A DNA stretch of 62,340 nt, the filler included. It is 8 parts of 8 records of this genome, joined end to end, with 100 filler letters (N's around TTAATTAATTAA, not from the genome) between each part and the next. Parts side by side here need not be neighbours in the genome. Positions count along the whole stretch, not along the records: positions 15,552 to 26,796 come from SRR31147125_25410; positions 26,897 to 34,142 come from SRR31147125_25443; 6 more parts are not named here. The stretch is one strand, 5' to 3'. How positions within the stretch are numbered: the stretch's first letter is position 1; each line of letters begins with the position of its first letter. This document shows, piece after piece, positions 20,233 to 30,091 of this stretch. The translations under genes and the position numbers were made by a program. Below the pieces are notes generated by a model. It was not told where the DNA came from. It worked only from the letters and a program-made list of their open reading frames with translations, and searched no databases.

Positions 20233-20667
20233 TAATTTTATTTTTTGCTTCTTAAATGAAGGGTGTAAAGCTAGTTGCACAATTATGCTTAATCAATCCC
20301 AAGATATTGTGATTTTGAGGTGGTCTGGTAAATATTATATGCCAATTAATATGATAATTTGTAAAGGTTGATAATTAGAAATTCGTGTTGTTTTGTACTT
20401 GAATTAAAATTGTTGGCAAGTGCATCGTTGCCTGAAAAATGTAACTTATAAGATGTTGAAATGGATGTAAGAATAATGTAATTCTCTCTCTTGTATTAAG
20501 CTATTTGCTTAGGCAGGTATCATTGAATTAGAAATTCAAAAATGAATATGGTAATCCCAAGATATAATCTTTAAATTATGCGAACTAATAAGAATTAAGG
20601 ACTCATTTAATACCTATCAATTCCAAAATCACCATTTTTAGTGATTGCATACTGGTTAATAGCCACA

Positions 20668-20675
20668 TAATTTTG
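20668..20675 (+). promoter_or_regulatory. Possible Bacteroidota -7 promoter element
   Basis: TAATTTTG matches TAnnTTTG, 37 nt before the flavodoxin ATG. Confidence 0.4.
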
Positions 20676-20712
20676 AAGTGCAAAAAGTAACTAAATGTAA
20701 AATATAATAAAT

Positions 20713-21219
20713 ATGGAAAATACAGCCATTATTTTTGGTTCAACTGGTGGAGTAACCGAATCTGTAGCAAGACAAATTGCGAAAAAAATGAATAATGAAA
20801 ACGTAAAAGTATTGGATGTAGCCAATATTTCTCCAAGTGATGTGGAAAGTTACCAAAATCTGATTTTAGGAACATCAACATGGGGTATCGGCGATTTACA
20901 GGATGATTGGGAAGGTTTCTTGCCAGATCTTGAAGCTGCTGATTTAAGTGATAAAACGATTGCGTTATTTGGTTTGGGTGATGGTATATCTTATGGCGAT
21001 TCGTTTGTTGATGGGATTGGTACCATATATGAAGCCATCAAAGATAAAGGATGTACTGTTGTCGGTCAGGTTGATGCAGAGGGATATGAATTTGATGATT
21101 CAAAAGCTGTTTATGATGGGAAATTTGTTGGTCTGGCTTTAGATGAAGATAATGAAAGTGACTTAACAGAAGGTCGCATAGATAGTTGGCTGGAACAAAT
21201 TACATCTCAATTAAAATAG
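20713..21219 (+). CDS. fldA: Long-chain flavodoxin
   Basis: GSTGGVT, LGTSTWGIGDLQDDW, ALFGLGD, FVGLALDEDN. Confidence 0.93.
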   Translation: MENTAIIFGSTGGVTESVARQIAKKMNNENVKVLDVANISPSDVESYQNLILGTSTWGIGDLQDDWEGFLPDLEAADLSDKTIALFGLGDGISYGDSFVDGIGTIYEAIKDKGCTVVGQVDAEGYEFDDSKAVYDGKFVGLALDEDNESDLTEGRIDSWLEQITSQLK

Positions 21220-21279
21220 ATAAGTCTTTTCCCTGGTGTTATGTCAGATATTTCTGACAAGATTAATTATTGTTATAAT

Positions 21280-21313
21280 GCCCTGTGTTGATATAATTTA
21301 GCACAGGGCTTTT
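21280..21313 (+). terminator. Stem-loop with short U-tract after flavodoxin
   Basis: GCCCTGTGTT...AGCACAGGGC followed by TTTT; second hairpin TGTCAGA/TCTGACA at 21242-21259. Confidence 0.55.
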
Positions 21314-21329
21314 ACTAATAAAATAGGAT

Positions 21330-21686
21330 ATGAAAATATTATGCCATCATATATATGAATATAAAAAGGGTCTTCGAAACCTTGTTTTGCATACCATGCA
21401 TTCATCGTTTACAGAAGAAGTAGAACAAAAACTGGAGAGTAACAATATTTCCTATATTATAAGGAATGTTACACCCTACAAAATAAATATATTTTTTGGG
21501 GCACCACAATGTATTGAAGTAATTAAGCATTTTGGTGACAGGGGATTGAATGAATTTACACCGGAACAAGACTTTATTCTTGGTGTAATGCTGGGGTATT
21601 CACGAATACAGCAGTGCAATAGGTATCTTAAACGTGTTGGAACCGTAAACAAGAGTTTGTTGGAATTGTGCTTATCTCAAGAATAA
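21330..21686 (+). CDS. DUF2023 family protein
   Basis: HHIYEYKKGLR, INIFFG...C, TPEQDFILGVMLGY...QCNRYL; flavodoxin neighbour. Confidence 0.85.
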   Translation: MKILCHHIYEYKKGLRNLVLHTMHSSFTEEVEQKLESNNISYIIRNVTPYKINIFFGAPQCIEVIKHFGDRGLNEFTPEQDFILGVMLGYSRIQQCNRYLKRVGTVNKSLLELCLSQE

Positions 21687-21929
21687 ATATTGGCAAAATT
21701 ATTTTTTCTATTCTTTAATTTTAATCCGTTATACTTATTTACCAGGCGTTCTAAATTGGAAAATGAAGTGTTTGTTAGATATGGGCTAAGTTAGCATAGG
21801 TTTTAAATAATAATGTTGAGGAATGTTATAATAACGATAAATAAGTTACACTTCAGTTAGCTTTATAAACTAACTTAATTTAAAGTCTGATTTTCCAATT
21901 TTAATTCTTTACTTTGCTTGCGATAATAA

Positions 21930-22280
21930 ATGGTTATGTTCAGTTTTGGTATATTTTCTTCGTGCTTACCTTGTTTGCTGATAATCGCAGTACAGATTTT
22001 TTATTTTGCTGCTTTTACCTTTAACAAGCTTAATGGTAAAGAAGAAAATCCAATTGCCAAAAATGAAAATAACCAAACATTCATTGATGGTATTCATTCC
22101 TCTGAGAATGCAATTTTTTATGATGAAGTTTCTTATACCGAAGAGGTTTCTTCAGAGCTTCTTGAGAAGCCCCCAATTATAACTGCAAATAAGGAAAAGT
22201 TTTCACTGTCTAATGAATTTCCAGATAGTCAGTTTTTTTTCCATTCAATCCTTTCCCGTCCTCCTCCAATAAATTGTTAG
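21930..22280 (+). CDS. Small protein with N-terminal hydrophobic segment and C-terminal RPPP motif; candidate arrest/leader peptide
   Basis: 116 aa ending ...ILSRPPPINC*, 72 nt upstream of a TonB receptor. Confidence 0.6.
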   Translation: MVMFSFGIFSSCLPCLLIIAVQIFYFAAFTFNKLNGKEENPIAKNENNQTFIDGIHSSENAIFYDEVSYTEEVSSELLEKPPIITANKEKFSLSNEFPDSQFFFHSILSRPPPINC

Positions 22281-22352
22281 TAATTGCTTTAGTTGTTGGT
22301 ACAACTATTTCTGCACATCATTTTTAATTAACAATTTTCAGGAACAAATAAA

Positions 22353-24437
22353 ATGCTTAGAAAAACCTATTCAATTTTAACAATGCTATCAGCGTGTATA
22401 GCGCTGATGTCTCAAGATATAATTATATTCACAGACAGCACAGAAACACCAGAAGTTTCTCTGGGGGAGATAGTAATCTCTGCATCACGTGATAATTCCC
22501 AATTAAAAAAACTCCCTTCATCAGTATCCATTATTTCATCCCGATCGATGAAAAATAACCAGGTTTCAACATTGGGTGATATAACAGGAATTGCACCGAG
22601 CTTTGTTATGCCCGATTATGGTTCGAAGCTCACATCGCCGGTTTATATTCGTGGCATTGGCTCACGTATCAATTCACCATCTGTAGGACTTTACGTTGAT
22701 AATGTTCCCTATTTTGAAAAAGCATCTTTCAATTTTGATTTTTTTGATATTGAACGGATTGAAGTCCTTAGAGGACCACAAGGTTCTCTCTATGGGAGAA
22801 ATAGCATGGGTGGATTAATCAATATAAAAACCCTCTCACCAGCCGATTATCAGGGTACAAAATTGAAAGTATCTGCTGGTAATTATGGCTTGTATAATTT
22901 CAATATGGGGCATTACCAGAAACCAGGAGAGCGATTTGCTTATTCGCTAAGTGCTAATTATAAACATAACGACGGCTTTTTTACCAATAAATATTTTGAT
23001 GAAAAGGTTGATGACATGAAATCGATTAGCCTTAAGAACAGAATGTTATTTAAAATAAGCAAACACATTACTATTGAAAACATTGCAGGATTTGAGGATA
23101 GCAAACAAGGGGGGTATCCATATGCTGTTTACAACGATTCACTTGCCCATGCCGAAGATATTAATTATAACCAGGCCAGTTCTTACGATCGGTTCATGTT
23201 TTCAGATGGTTTAAAACTTTCTTATTCTCAGCCATCCTGGGAACTTACAAGTACATTCTCATATCAACTTTTAGATGACGAACAGCAAATTGACCAGGAT
23301 TTTACGGCAGACTCCTTATACTTTATAATACAAAAACAAAAGCAGGATATGTTTTCGGGCGAAATTGTTGTCCGCTCAAAAGGAAATGAGAAATACAACT
23401 GGTTATTCGGCGTTTTTGGTTTCAACCAAATATTTGATCGCACGGTAGATGTTGATGTTTATTCCAGAGATATGTGGTATAGAAAAGGCTATGATCTTAC
23501 AGTTTCCAGTCTTGGAGTATTTCACCAATCAATATACAAACCTATAGAGAACCTAACAATAACAGCCGGGATCAGATACGATTATGAGGTTTCGGAATTG
23601 GATTACTTATATCATCTTAAAATGGCAGGGAATACGGCCACTAAAACCGATACAATTTATCCCAAACTTGAGGACAATATAATTTTGCCAAGAGTCGCAT
23701 TAAGTTATCAGCATAATAATATCAATTTATACTTATCTTATGCAAAAGGCTACAAGCCAGGTGGATATAATTCTACTTTTGAACGCCCGGAACATTTGAT
23801 GTTTAAAAATGAAACCAGCCATAATTATGAGGTGGGTGTTAAGTCATCTTTATTAAATCAAAAGCTTTACACAGATATGGCTGTGTTTTATACAGAACTC
23901 GAAGGCCAGCAAATTTACAGAACAGTGCCAAGTGGGAGGGGGTCTTACCTTGATAATGCCGGAACATCTGAAAATAAAGGTGTTGAGTTAACCGTAAAAA
24001 ACAGCCCTATACTTGGTTTTGAGGCAATGCTGACCTACGGTTATACGCATTCAAAAATTATTGAATACGTAAAAGACACAACTACTAATTACAATGATAA
24101 TTTTACACCGTACATACCCCGTCATACATTCGCAGCTTCAATTACAAAAATGTTTGATGTCAGAAATATTTCTTTTATTGATAGAATTTCAGTTAACATA
24201 CTTTACAGAGATATGGGAGTACAATATTGGAACCTTGATAATTCATACAAACAAAAGCGATATGGGGTGTTAGATTCCCGGATTTCGTTTATGTATAAAT
24301 CTTTCAGCTTCGATATTTGGGGAAAGAACCTTACAAATACTGAATACAATGCATTTCTTTTTGAGGCATTGGGTAATACATATGTACAAACCAACAAACC
24401 TTTGCAAGTAGGAATTAATTTATTATATAATTTTTAA
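22353..24437 (+). CDS. TonB-dependent receptor
   Basis: VYIRGIG, DIERIEVLRGPQGSLYGRNSMGG plug motif; terminal YNF. Confidence 0.93.
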   Translation: MLRKTYSILTMLSACIALMSQDIIIFTDSTETPEVSLGEIVISASRDNSQLKKLPSSVSIISSRSMKNNQVSTLGDITGIAPSFVMPDYGSKLTSPVYIRGIGSRINSPSVGLYVDNVPYFEKASFNFDFFDIERIEVLRGPQGSLYGRNSMGGLINIKTLSPADYQGTKLKVSAGNYGLYNFNMGHYQKPGERFAYSLSANYKHNDGFFTNKYFDEKVDDMKSISLKNRMLFKISKHITIENIAGFEDSKQGGYPYAVYNDSLAHAEDINYNQASSYDRFMFSDGLKLSYSQPSWELTSTFSYQLLDDEQQIDQDFTADSLYFIIQKQKQDMFSGEIVVRSKGNEKYNWLFGVFGFNQIFDRTVDVDVYSRDMWYRKGYDLTVSSLGVFHQSIYKPIENLTITAGIRYDYEVSELDYLYHLKMAGNTATKTDTIYPKLEDNIILPRVALSYQHNNINLYLSYAKGYKPGGYNSTFERPEHLMFKNETSHNYEVGVKSSLLNQKLYTDMAVFYTELEGQQIYRTVPSGRGSYLDNAGTSENKGVELTVKNSPILGFEAMLTYGYTHSKIIEYVKDTTTNYNDNFTPYIPRHTFAASITKMFDVRNISFIDRISVNILYRDMGVQYWNLDNSYKQKRYGVLDSRISFMYKSFSFDIWGKNLTNTEYNAFLFEALGNTYVQTNKPLQVGINLLYNF

Positions 24438-25648
24438 TGAAATCACATTCTCATAATTGGTCTAAATTTTCAACTCTTTTTACTTTATACATCGCTCAAT
24501 CTATCCCGATGAGCTTTTTTTCCACAGTGGTTCCAATAATCATGCGCCAGGAGAATTATTCCTTGGTTTCAATTGGTTTGCTTCAGTTGGTTAAGCTACC
24601 ATGGATTTTTAAGTTTCTGTGGGCTCCATTAGTGGATAATAATACTCGTAGCAAAAAGCAGATTAGAAGTTGGATTATCCTTTCAGAATTGGTATATGCT
24701 GGAATTATTTTATCGGTAAGTTTTTTCGATTTACAAACCGATTTTAAATTAATAGTGGGCTTTATTATTGCTGCCTTTATTGCTTCAGCTACACAAGATA
24801 TTGCAGTTGATATTTTTGCAATTTTTATTCTTGGAAAAAAGGAGAGGGGAACAGGAAATGGTATTCAGGTGTCGGGTTCTTTTATCGGGAGTTTATTTGG
24901 AACAGGTGTTTTGGTTATTGCATTTTACTACTTAGGTTGGTCAGCAATTCTTATAGCACTTGCAGCGTTTGCAATAATTGCTCTCATTCCATTAATCGCA
25001 TATAAGCCAGAAGTAAAAGTTGAAAAAAGTGATAGAATCAGGTTTGTTGAGATATTTACCTTTTTTGGTAATAAAGTACTCCGTAGGAGGATTTTATTTC
25101 TGGTAACGTATAACGCAGGAATTATTGGCATATTGGCCATGCTTAAACCGTACCTGGTAGATTTAGGATATTCAACAAAAGAAATTGGTTTCATGTACGG
25201 AATAATGGGAACATCTTGTGCTGCTATTGTTTCCCTGGTATTAGGTCATACTTTGCGATATATTGGTAAAATAAGGGCTGTTTATATATTTTCATTTATA
25301 GCCTTGTTAGCACCCCTTTATTTTTTATACTTAAGCAAAATTGAACCTACCAACCTAATGGTATACATCGGTATATGTTTGATATGGGCTACTTACGGAA
25401 TGCTCGCAGTTGTTTTATATACAACATCAATGGATGCCGTTAGAAAAGACAGGGAAGGAACTGATTTTACAATGCAAATTATGCTATCTCAATTAAGCAG
25501 TATGTTTGTCGCAATTTTATCAGGCAAAGTAGGCGATATGCTTGGATATTCAGGCATTCATATGTTTGAAATAGGATTGTGTTGTATTGCTATAGCTATG
25601 GTATTTTATGTTTATCCTATAAGAAAGATTAAAAATGGAAATAGATAA
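24437..25648 (+). CDS. MFS transporter (AmpG/RhtX/FptX-like)
   Basis: LYIAQSIP, LPWIFKFLWAPLVD, SATQDIAVD; start overlaps the receptor stop. Confidence 0.85.
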   Translation: MKSHSHNWSKFSTLFTLYIAQSIPMSFFSTVVPIIMRQENYSLVSIGLLQLVKLPWIFKFLWAPLVDNNTRSKKQIRSWIILSELVYAGIILSVSFFDLQTDFKLIVGFIIAAFIASATQDIAVDIFAIFILGKKERGTGNGIQVSGSFIGSLFGTGVLVIAFYYLGWSAILIALAAFAIIALIPLIAYKPEVKVEKSDRIRFVEIFTFFGNKVLRRRILFLVTYNAGIIGILAMLKPYLVDLGYSTKEIGFMYGIMGTSCAAIVSLVLGHTLRYIGKIRAVYIFSFIALLAPLYFLYLSKIEPTNLMVYIGICLIWATYGMLAVVLYTTSMDAVRKDREGTDFTMQIMLSQLSSMFVAILSGKVGDMLGYSGIHMFEIGLCCIAIAMVFYVYPIRKIKNGNR

Positions 25649-26796
25649 AAACTTACTCACTAAATATAATGTTCCCTTGCCACGCTACACCAGTTATCCT
25701 CCGGCAAATCATTTTACAAATGAATTTACAGGGGGCGATTACAAAAATATGGTTATCAATTCCAATAAAAGTGATTCTAACCACATATCTTTTTATGTGC
25801 ATATTCCGTTCTGTGACAGGATATGTTTTTACTGTGGATGCAATGCCATGCGCTTAACAGGGCAAGATGCAGTAAAAAAATACATTGATTCGGTAAAAAA
25901 GGAAATAGACATTGTTATTGCAGATATTGATAAAAACAGAAAAGTATCACAGATTCATTACGGAGGCGGAACACCTAATGCTATTGATGCAAAATACCTG
26001 GCAGAGATCAATAAAATATTTTTTGATAACTTTTCTTTTATTGATGAGCCTGAGATAGCTATTGAGTGCCATCCCGCTTTACTTGATGATGATTACCTGA
26101 AACAATTATACATGGCAGGTTTTAATCGGTTCAGTTTTGGGATACAGGACTATAACGAGGATGTATTAAAAAATGTAAACCGCAGGCCATCATCAATACC
26201 TGTTATAGATTTAATTCAAAAAGTAAAGACCGAAAACAGCAGCTATGCTGTTAACCTTGATTTTATGTATGGCTTGCCAGGTCAAACAACTCAAAGCTTC
26301 TCAAATACTATAAAACAAGCAATTGAGGCCAAACCCGACAGGCTTGTGACGTTTTCTTATGCCCATGTTCCATGGATGAAAGAACACCAAAAAATACTCG
26401 ATAAAAAGGGCTTACCCTCTCCTGAATCAAAAATGGATATGTTCCTTTTAGCTTATAATTTGTTGAAAAGTGCAGGTTATACTTCAATTGGGCTGGATCA
26501 TTACGCTTTGCCTTCGGATGAACTAAGCATTGCCTTAAAAGATCATCAACTAAATCGAAATTTTCAGGGATATTGTACACGTCGCACCACAGGGCAGGTT
26601 TATGCATTTGGGGTATCAGGTATTAGTCAGTTAATGGGAGGGTATTCTCAAAACACAAAAGACATTTTTAAATATCATACGGCACTTAACAATAACCAAC
26701 TTCCAGTTGAAAAAGGTTATCAGATTTCCGGACATCAAAATATAATCAAAGAAATAATTACAGAACTAATGTGCAATAAATATTTAAGCTGGAATA
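25635..26796 (+). CDS. hemN: Oxygen-independent coproporphyrinogen III oxidase (radical SAM), 3'-truncated
   Basis: PRYTSYPPA, HIPFCDRICFYCGC, HYGGGTP, IGLDHYA, RNFQGY. Confidence 0.92.
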
Positions 26797-26896
26797 NNNN
26801 NNNNNNNNNNNNNNNNNNNNNNNNNNNNNNNNNNNNNNNNTTAATTAATTAANNNNNNNNNNNNNNNNNNNNNNNNNNNNNNNNNNNNNNNNNNNN

Positions 26897-26925
26897 CGGC
26901 AGTTCGATTCTGTCCCTCGGCACCA
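26897..26925 (+). tRNA. 3' portion of a tRNA, probably tRNA-Leu; candidate attachment-site core
   Basis: T-arm GGCAG-TTCGATT-CTGTC, acceptor strand CCTCGGC, discriminator A, CCA; anticodon cut off so identity is inferred. Confidence 0.75.
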
Positions 26926-26937
26926 TTTGTTAAGATG

Positions 26938-26968
26938 AAGCCCCTACTTTCAGGGGCTTTTTCTTTTT
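26938..26968 (+). terminator. Intrinsic terminator after the tRNA
   Basis: AAGCCCCT, 6-nt loop, AGGGGCTT, then a T-rich tract. Confidence 0.85.
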
Positions 26969-26986
26969 GTCATCGTCGATTGTCGG

Positions 26987-27012
26987 TGTGGGTCACAAAT
27001 GTGGGTCACAAA
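26987..27012 (+). repeat. Perfect 13-bp tandem repeat TGTGGGTCACAAA x2; candidate integrase arm-type sites
   Basis: Copies at 26987-26999 and 27000-27012, between the att core and the integrase RBS. Confidence 0.75.
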
Positions 27013-27024
27013 TGGAGGTCGATG

Positions 27025-28671
27025 ATGGCAGTCCGGGTTCCTTCCTACCTGATGAAAAAGCGCTACTCCTACTACGCGCGCATACGAATTCCCAAAAACA
27101 TACGGCACAGATTCTGCAGTAAACATGAGTTCCGGTTTTCGTTGAAAACGAATCAACTCTCGAAAGCCAGATCCAGAGCGCGATTGATTGCGGGACTGCT
27201 CCAGTGGGTGTTCAGAAACGTGCAACGTGGGGGGTATACTTCTGTGCTCAGCGACGAACAACTCGATAAACTCATCCGTAAATACATCAAAGACCTTTTG
27301 GAACACGACCTTGAAGAACGCATCATCTTTTCCAGCCTGCAGCCCAAGGACGAATGGTTTCAAAATCAAGTCTATGGGGAGATGCAAACACTTAAAGGAA
27401 AAACCGAGAATCAACTGGTAAGCTACGATTTCTCAGAGGTTGAGGAAGAGGTCGAAAAGATTCTTCAGGATGCTAACGAAGAGGTCCCAGACAACGCCAT
27501 CCTTTACAGTAAAATCTGTCAGAGGGTGCTACAGGCCAAGATCGGGTATTGGGAAATATTGGCTGAACGTTCGCTTGGAGAACACCTGTTGGCTCCAGAA
27601 GATCATCAGAAGAGGATAGAGGCCTTGTGTGGCTTCTCTTCGCCACCAGTTCCACAACAGGCTGATCCCCCCTCCCCTCCACAACCGATGGTCACTTTCG
27701 GCGAGCTGGCTGACCGCTACTGGCAGGAACGCGTCAATCATTTAAAACCGAGATCAAAGCAGAATTACCGCACTTACCAGAAACGCATCCTTGAGTTTTT
27801 CGGCGATGACACTCCAGTACACACCGTAGACTATTACAAAGCAAAAGAGTTCAGAGAGTTCGTTCAGAAAAGCCGCACACCCGAATTGTCGGTAAAGAAG
27901 GTCAACGATTACCTTGACTACTTAAAAGGTATGTTTGGCTTCGAAATGAAGACGACAAGGGCACTCACCAACAATCCGGCTGACGGTTTACATCTGAAAG
28001 ATACCCGCTCGAAGCAGGATATCAAAGGGGTGTTCGACCAAAATGATTTGGAGTTGCTTTTCGTCCGGTCGAAAGAATACGTCAAGGACACTCACCGTAG
28101 CGCATCGAAATTCTGGGTGCCGCTTTTGGGACTGTACACTGGCGCTCGACTCGAGGAGCTGTGCCAGGCAAAGGCATCAGATGTCAAGAAACATGATGGT
28201 CTGTGGATATTTGACATCCATGAGTTCGATGAGAAACAATCTGTCAAGACCGGAGAAGTTCGTAAGGTCCCGATCCACCCTTTCCTGCTGGATCTTGGGT
28301 TCAACAGGTACGCACAAAGCCAGAATGAGGATGCTCGGCTCTGGCCGGAATTAAGATATGTTCAAGAGCGCTGGAGCCATGGAATCAGCCAATGGTTTAC
28401 AAAGTTTAAGAAAAGAGCCGGCATTGACCCTGCGCCCCGCTACAAAACATTCCACAGTTTCCGCCACACCGTAGCGACTTACTTGAAAGACCAAGAAGTC
28501 CCGGAGGTGAACACCGCTGAACTTATCGGTCACAAACATGGCAGCATCACGTATGGTCGGTATGGAAAGAAGTGGAAGCCTCAGCAACTGCTTGAAAACA
28601 CGGTATTGAAACTCGATTGGCATGAACGGATGGATTTTAGTCATTTAGCAAAGTCGAAGTGGACAGTTTAG
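27025..28671 (+). CDS. Tyrosine integrase with DUF6538-like N-terminus
   Basis: GGAGG at 27014-27018; YYARIRIP...RFSLKT; catalytic YTGARLEE, VKT, FHSFRHT, IGH...TYGRY. Confidence 0.92.
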   Translation: MAVRVPSYLMKKRYSYYARIRIPKNIRHRFCSKHEFRFSLKTNQLSKARSRARLIAGLLQWVFRNVQRGGYTSVLSDEQLDKLIRKYIKDLLEHDLEERIIFSSLQPKDEWFQNQVYGEMQTLKGKTENQLVSYDFSEVEEEVEKILQDANEEVPDNAILYSKICQRVLQAKIGYWEILAERSLGEHLLAPEDHQKRIEALCGFSSPPVPQQADPPSPPQPMVTFGELADRYWQERVNHLKPRSKQNYRTYQKRILEFFGDDTPVHTVDYYKAKEFREFVQKSRTPELSVKKVNDYLDYLKGMFGFEMKTTRALTNNPADGLHLKDTRSKQDIKGVFDQNDLELLFVRSKEYVKDTHRSASKFWVPLLGLYTGARLEELCQAKASDVKKHDGLWIFDIHEFDEKQSVKTGEVRKVPIHPFLLDLGFNRYAQSQNEDARLWPELRYVQERWSHGISQWFTKFKKRAGIDPAPRYKTFHSFRHTVATYLKDQEVPEVNTAELIGHKHGSITYGRYGKKWKPQQLLENTVLKLDWHERMDFSHLAKSKWTV

Positions 28672-28700
28672 TTGAAGCTCATAACAGAAAAGGAGAATTA

Positions 28701-29413
28701 ATGGCCAAGAAAAAGAAAAATTTTTATGCTGTGGCAAGGGGTCGAAAACCAGGAATCTATACTGATTGGTCTGGTGAAAATGGTGCTCAAAGGCAGGTAA
28801 TCCGCTTTAAGGGGGCAGATTACAAAGGATTCGTTACACGAGGAGAAGCTGAATCTTGGTTTAAGGCAAATTCTTCCAAAAATGGCAATGGGAAAGATGA
28901 GACTCAAGATAATAAAACAAACAAAAAGTCAATTAAAGATAGGACTATTATTTACACCGATGGATGCTCGATAGGCAATCCAGGTCATGGTGGTTATGGC
29001 GTCTTGATACCTAATAATGGAAAGTCGAAAGAAATATCGTCCGGTTACAAACTTACGACGAATAATCGAATGGAAATGATGGCGTGCATTGCAGCGCTAA
29101 AGTCATTCAAAAAAGAACTCTGGTAGTAATTCATAGTGACTCAAAATATGTGATAGACGGAATTGAAAAAGGCAGGGCAAAAAACTGGCGAAAAAACAAA
29201 TGGAAAACATCAAGTGGTCAACCTGCAAAGAATGTTGATCTATGGATAGAATTGCTTGAGCAATGTGATAAGCACGATGTCGTATTTCAGTGGGTTAAAG
29301 GGCACTCAGGGGTTGATGGAAACGAGCGGTGTGATCAATTGGCGAATAAAGCAGCTATACAAGAGGATCTTCTCAGAGATAGAGGCTACGAGAAAACGGT
29401 TAATTATAAATGA
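28701..29413 (+). CDS. rnhA: Ribonuclease HI with N-terminal hybrid-binding (Cauli_VI) domain; frameshift in A6 at 29109-29114
   Basis: FYAVARGRKPGIYTDW; YTDG...GNPG.GG, TTNNRME, HSDSKYV, KNVDLW, WVKGHSG..GNERCDQLA; AGGAG before ATG 28701. Confidence 0.92.
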
Positions 29414-29564
29414 TGAGAATGGATTTATTCTATAGTCAACTCATACATGGCAGTGTGTCACATTTCTCTCATTTACTGAAAAAATTAGCAATTTTTCTAA
29501 ACAATTTGTATTGTGAAGAGTTGGGGTTTTTACTCCGTCGCTCACGGGATTATAACTGACTCAA

Positions 29565-29582
29565 TCCTTTGCCGGCAAAGGA
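29565..29582. promoter_or_regulatory. Perfect 18-bp palindrome TCCTTTGCCGGCAAAGGA; possible operator
   Basis: Read directly; 56 nt upstream of ORF 29639. Confidence 0.45.
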
Positions 29583-29638
29583 CATATTCTCAGCATAAAC
29601 TTTGTTCCAAAGGTTAACACTAAACCACGGAGGCAGCT

Positions 29639-29929
29639 ATGGAAAAAGATCATGACAAGAGAGGTCGTCCTATGTTCATGTTGAGCGAGGAGGATCAGCG
29701 AAGCGTGGGGATCGAAAAGTGTGAAAATATGGCCAAGCAGTTGATGGGTGATTTTATTGAACATAAAAATGTGGTGAAGAAGGCCGATCCCGAAATGGTC
29801 GATAGTCGTATATTTGAAGCCTGGGCGATCCAGATGATTGCCAACTTCCAGGTTACCATTGAATATATGTATGGCGAGATTCAACGACTGCATTATGTCA
29901 AACAGAATAAGCCGCAATCACAGTTGTAA
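29639..29929 (+). CDS. Hypothetical protein, 96 aa
   Basis: GGAGG before the ATG; followed by a GC hairpin. Confidence 0.6.
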   Translation: MEKDHDKRGRPMFMLSEEDQRSVGIEKCENMAKQLMGDFIEHKNVVKKADPEMVDSRIFEAWAIQMIANFQVTIEYMYGEIQRLHYVKQNKPQSQL

Positions 29930-29959
29930 TCCCTTTAACTTAACTTAACGAATATCTTA

Positions 29960-29980
29960 GCCCCGGCCTTGTACCGGGGC
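29960..29980. terminator. GC-rich hairpin between convergent genes
   Basis: GCCCCGG, 7-nt loop, CCGGGGC. Confidence 0.5.
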
Positions 29981-30091
29981 GTTACTCTTGTTTGTGGCTT
30001 TTGGATTATATTTTATACGGTTTGTTGTCGTTCTCTTACGATGATGCATCGCATGCCAGATCTCATTGGATAACGCCACCTCATGTATGCT

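Noticed and set aside
20318-20374. FTRPP codons upstream of the minus-strand TonB receptor, suggesting a second arrest leader
   Set aside because: An in-frame TAA lies 17 codons before the Arg and no start codon or continuous ORF was found; at best a remnant
20340-20385. GATAAT-containing stretch as a Fur box
   Set aside because: Only half-site matches in very AT-rich DNA
26935-27024. Tracked N-terminal extension of the integrase
   Set aside because: Runs through the terminator and repeat; the RBS supports a start at 27025
25635-28671. hemN apparently adjacent to the tRNA and integrase
   Set aside because: Separated by a spacer; different contigs and probably different organisms
29109-29115. 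AAAAAAG in rnhA as a programmed -1 frameshift site
   Set aside because: The reading frame is AAA AAA G, not A AAA AAG, and similar homopolymer indels occur throughout the window
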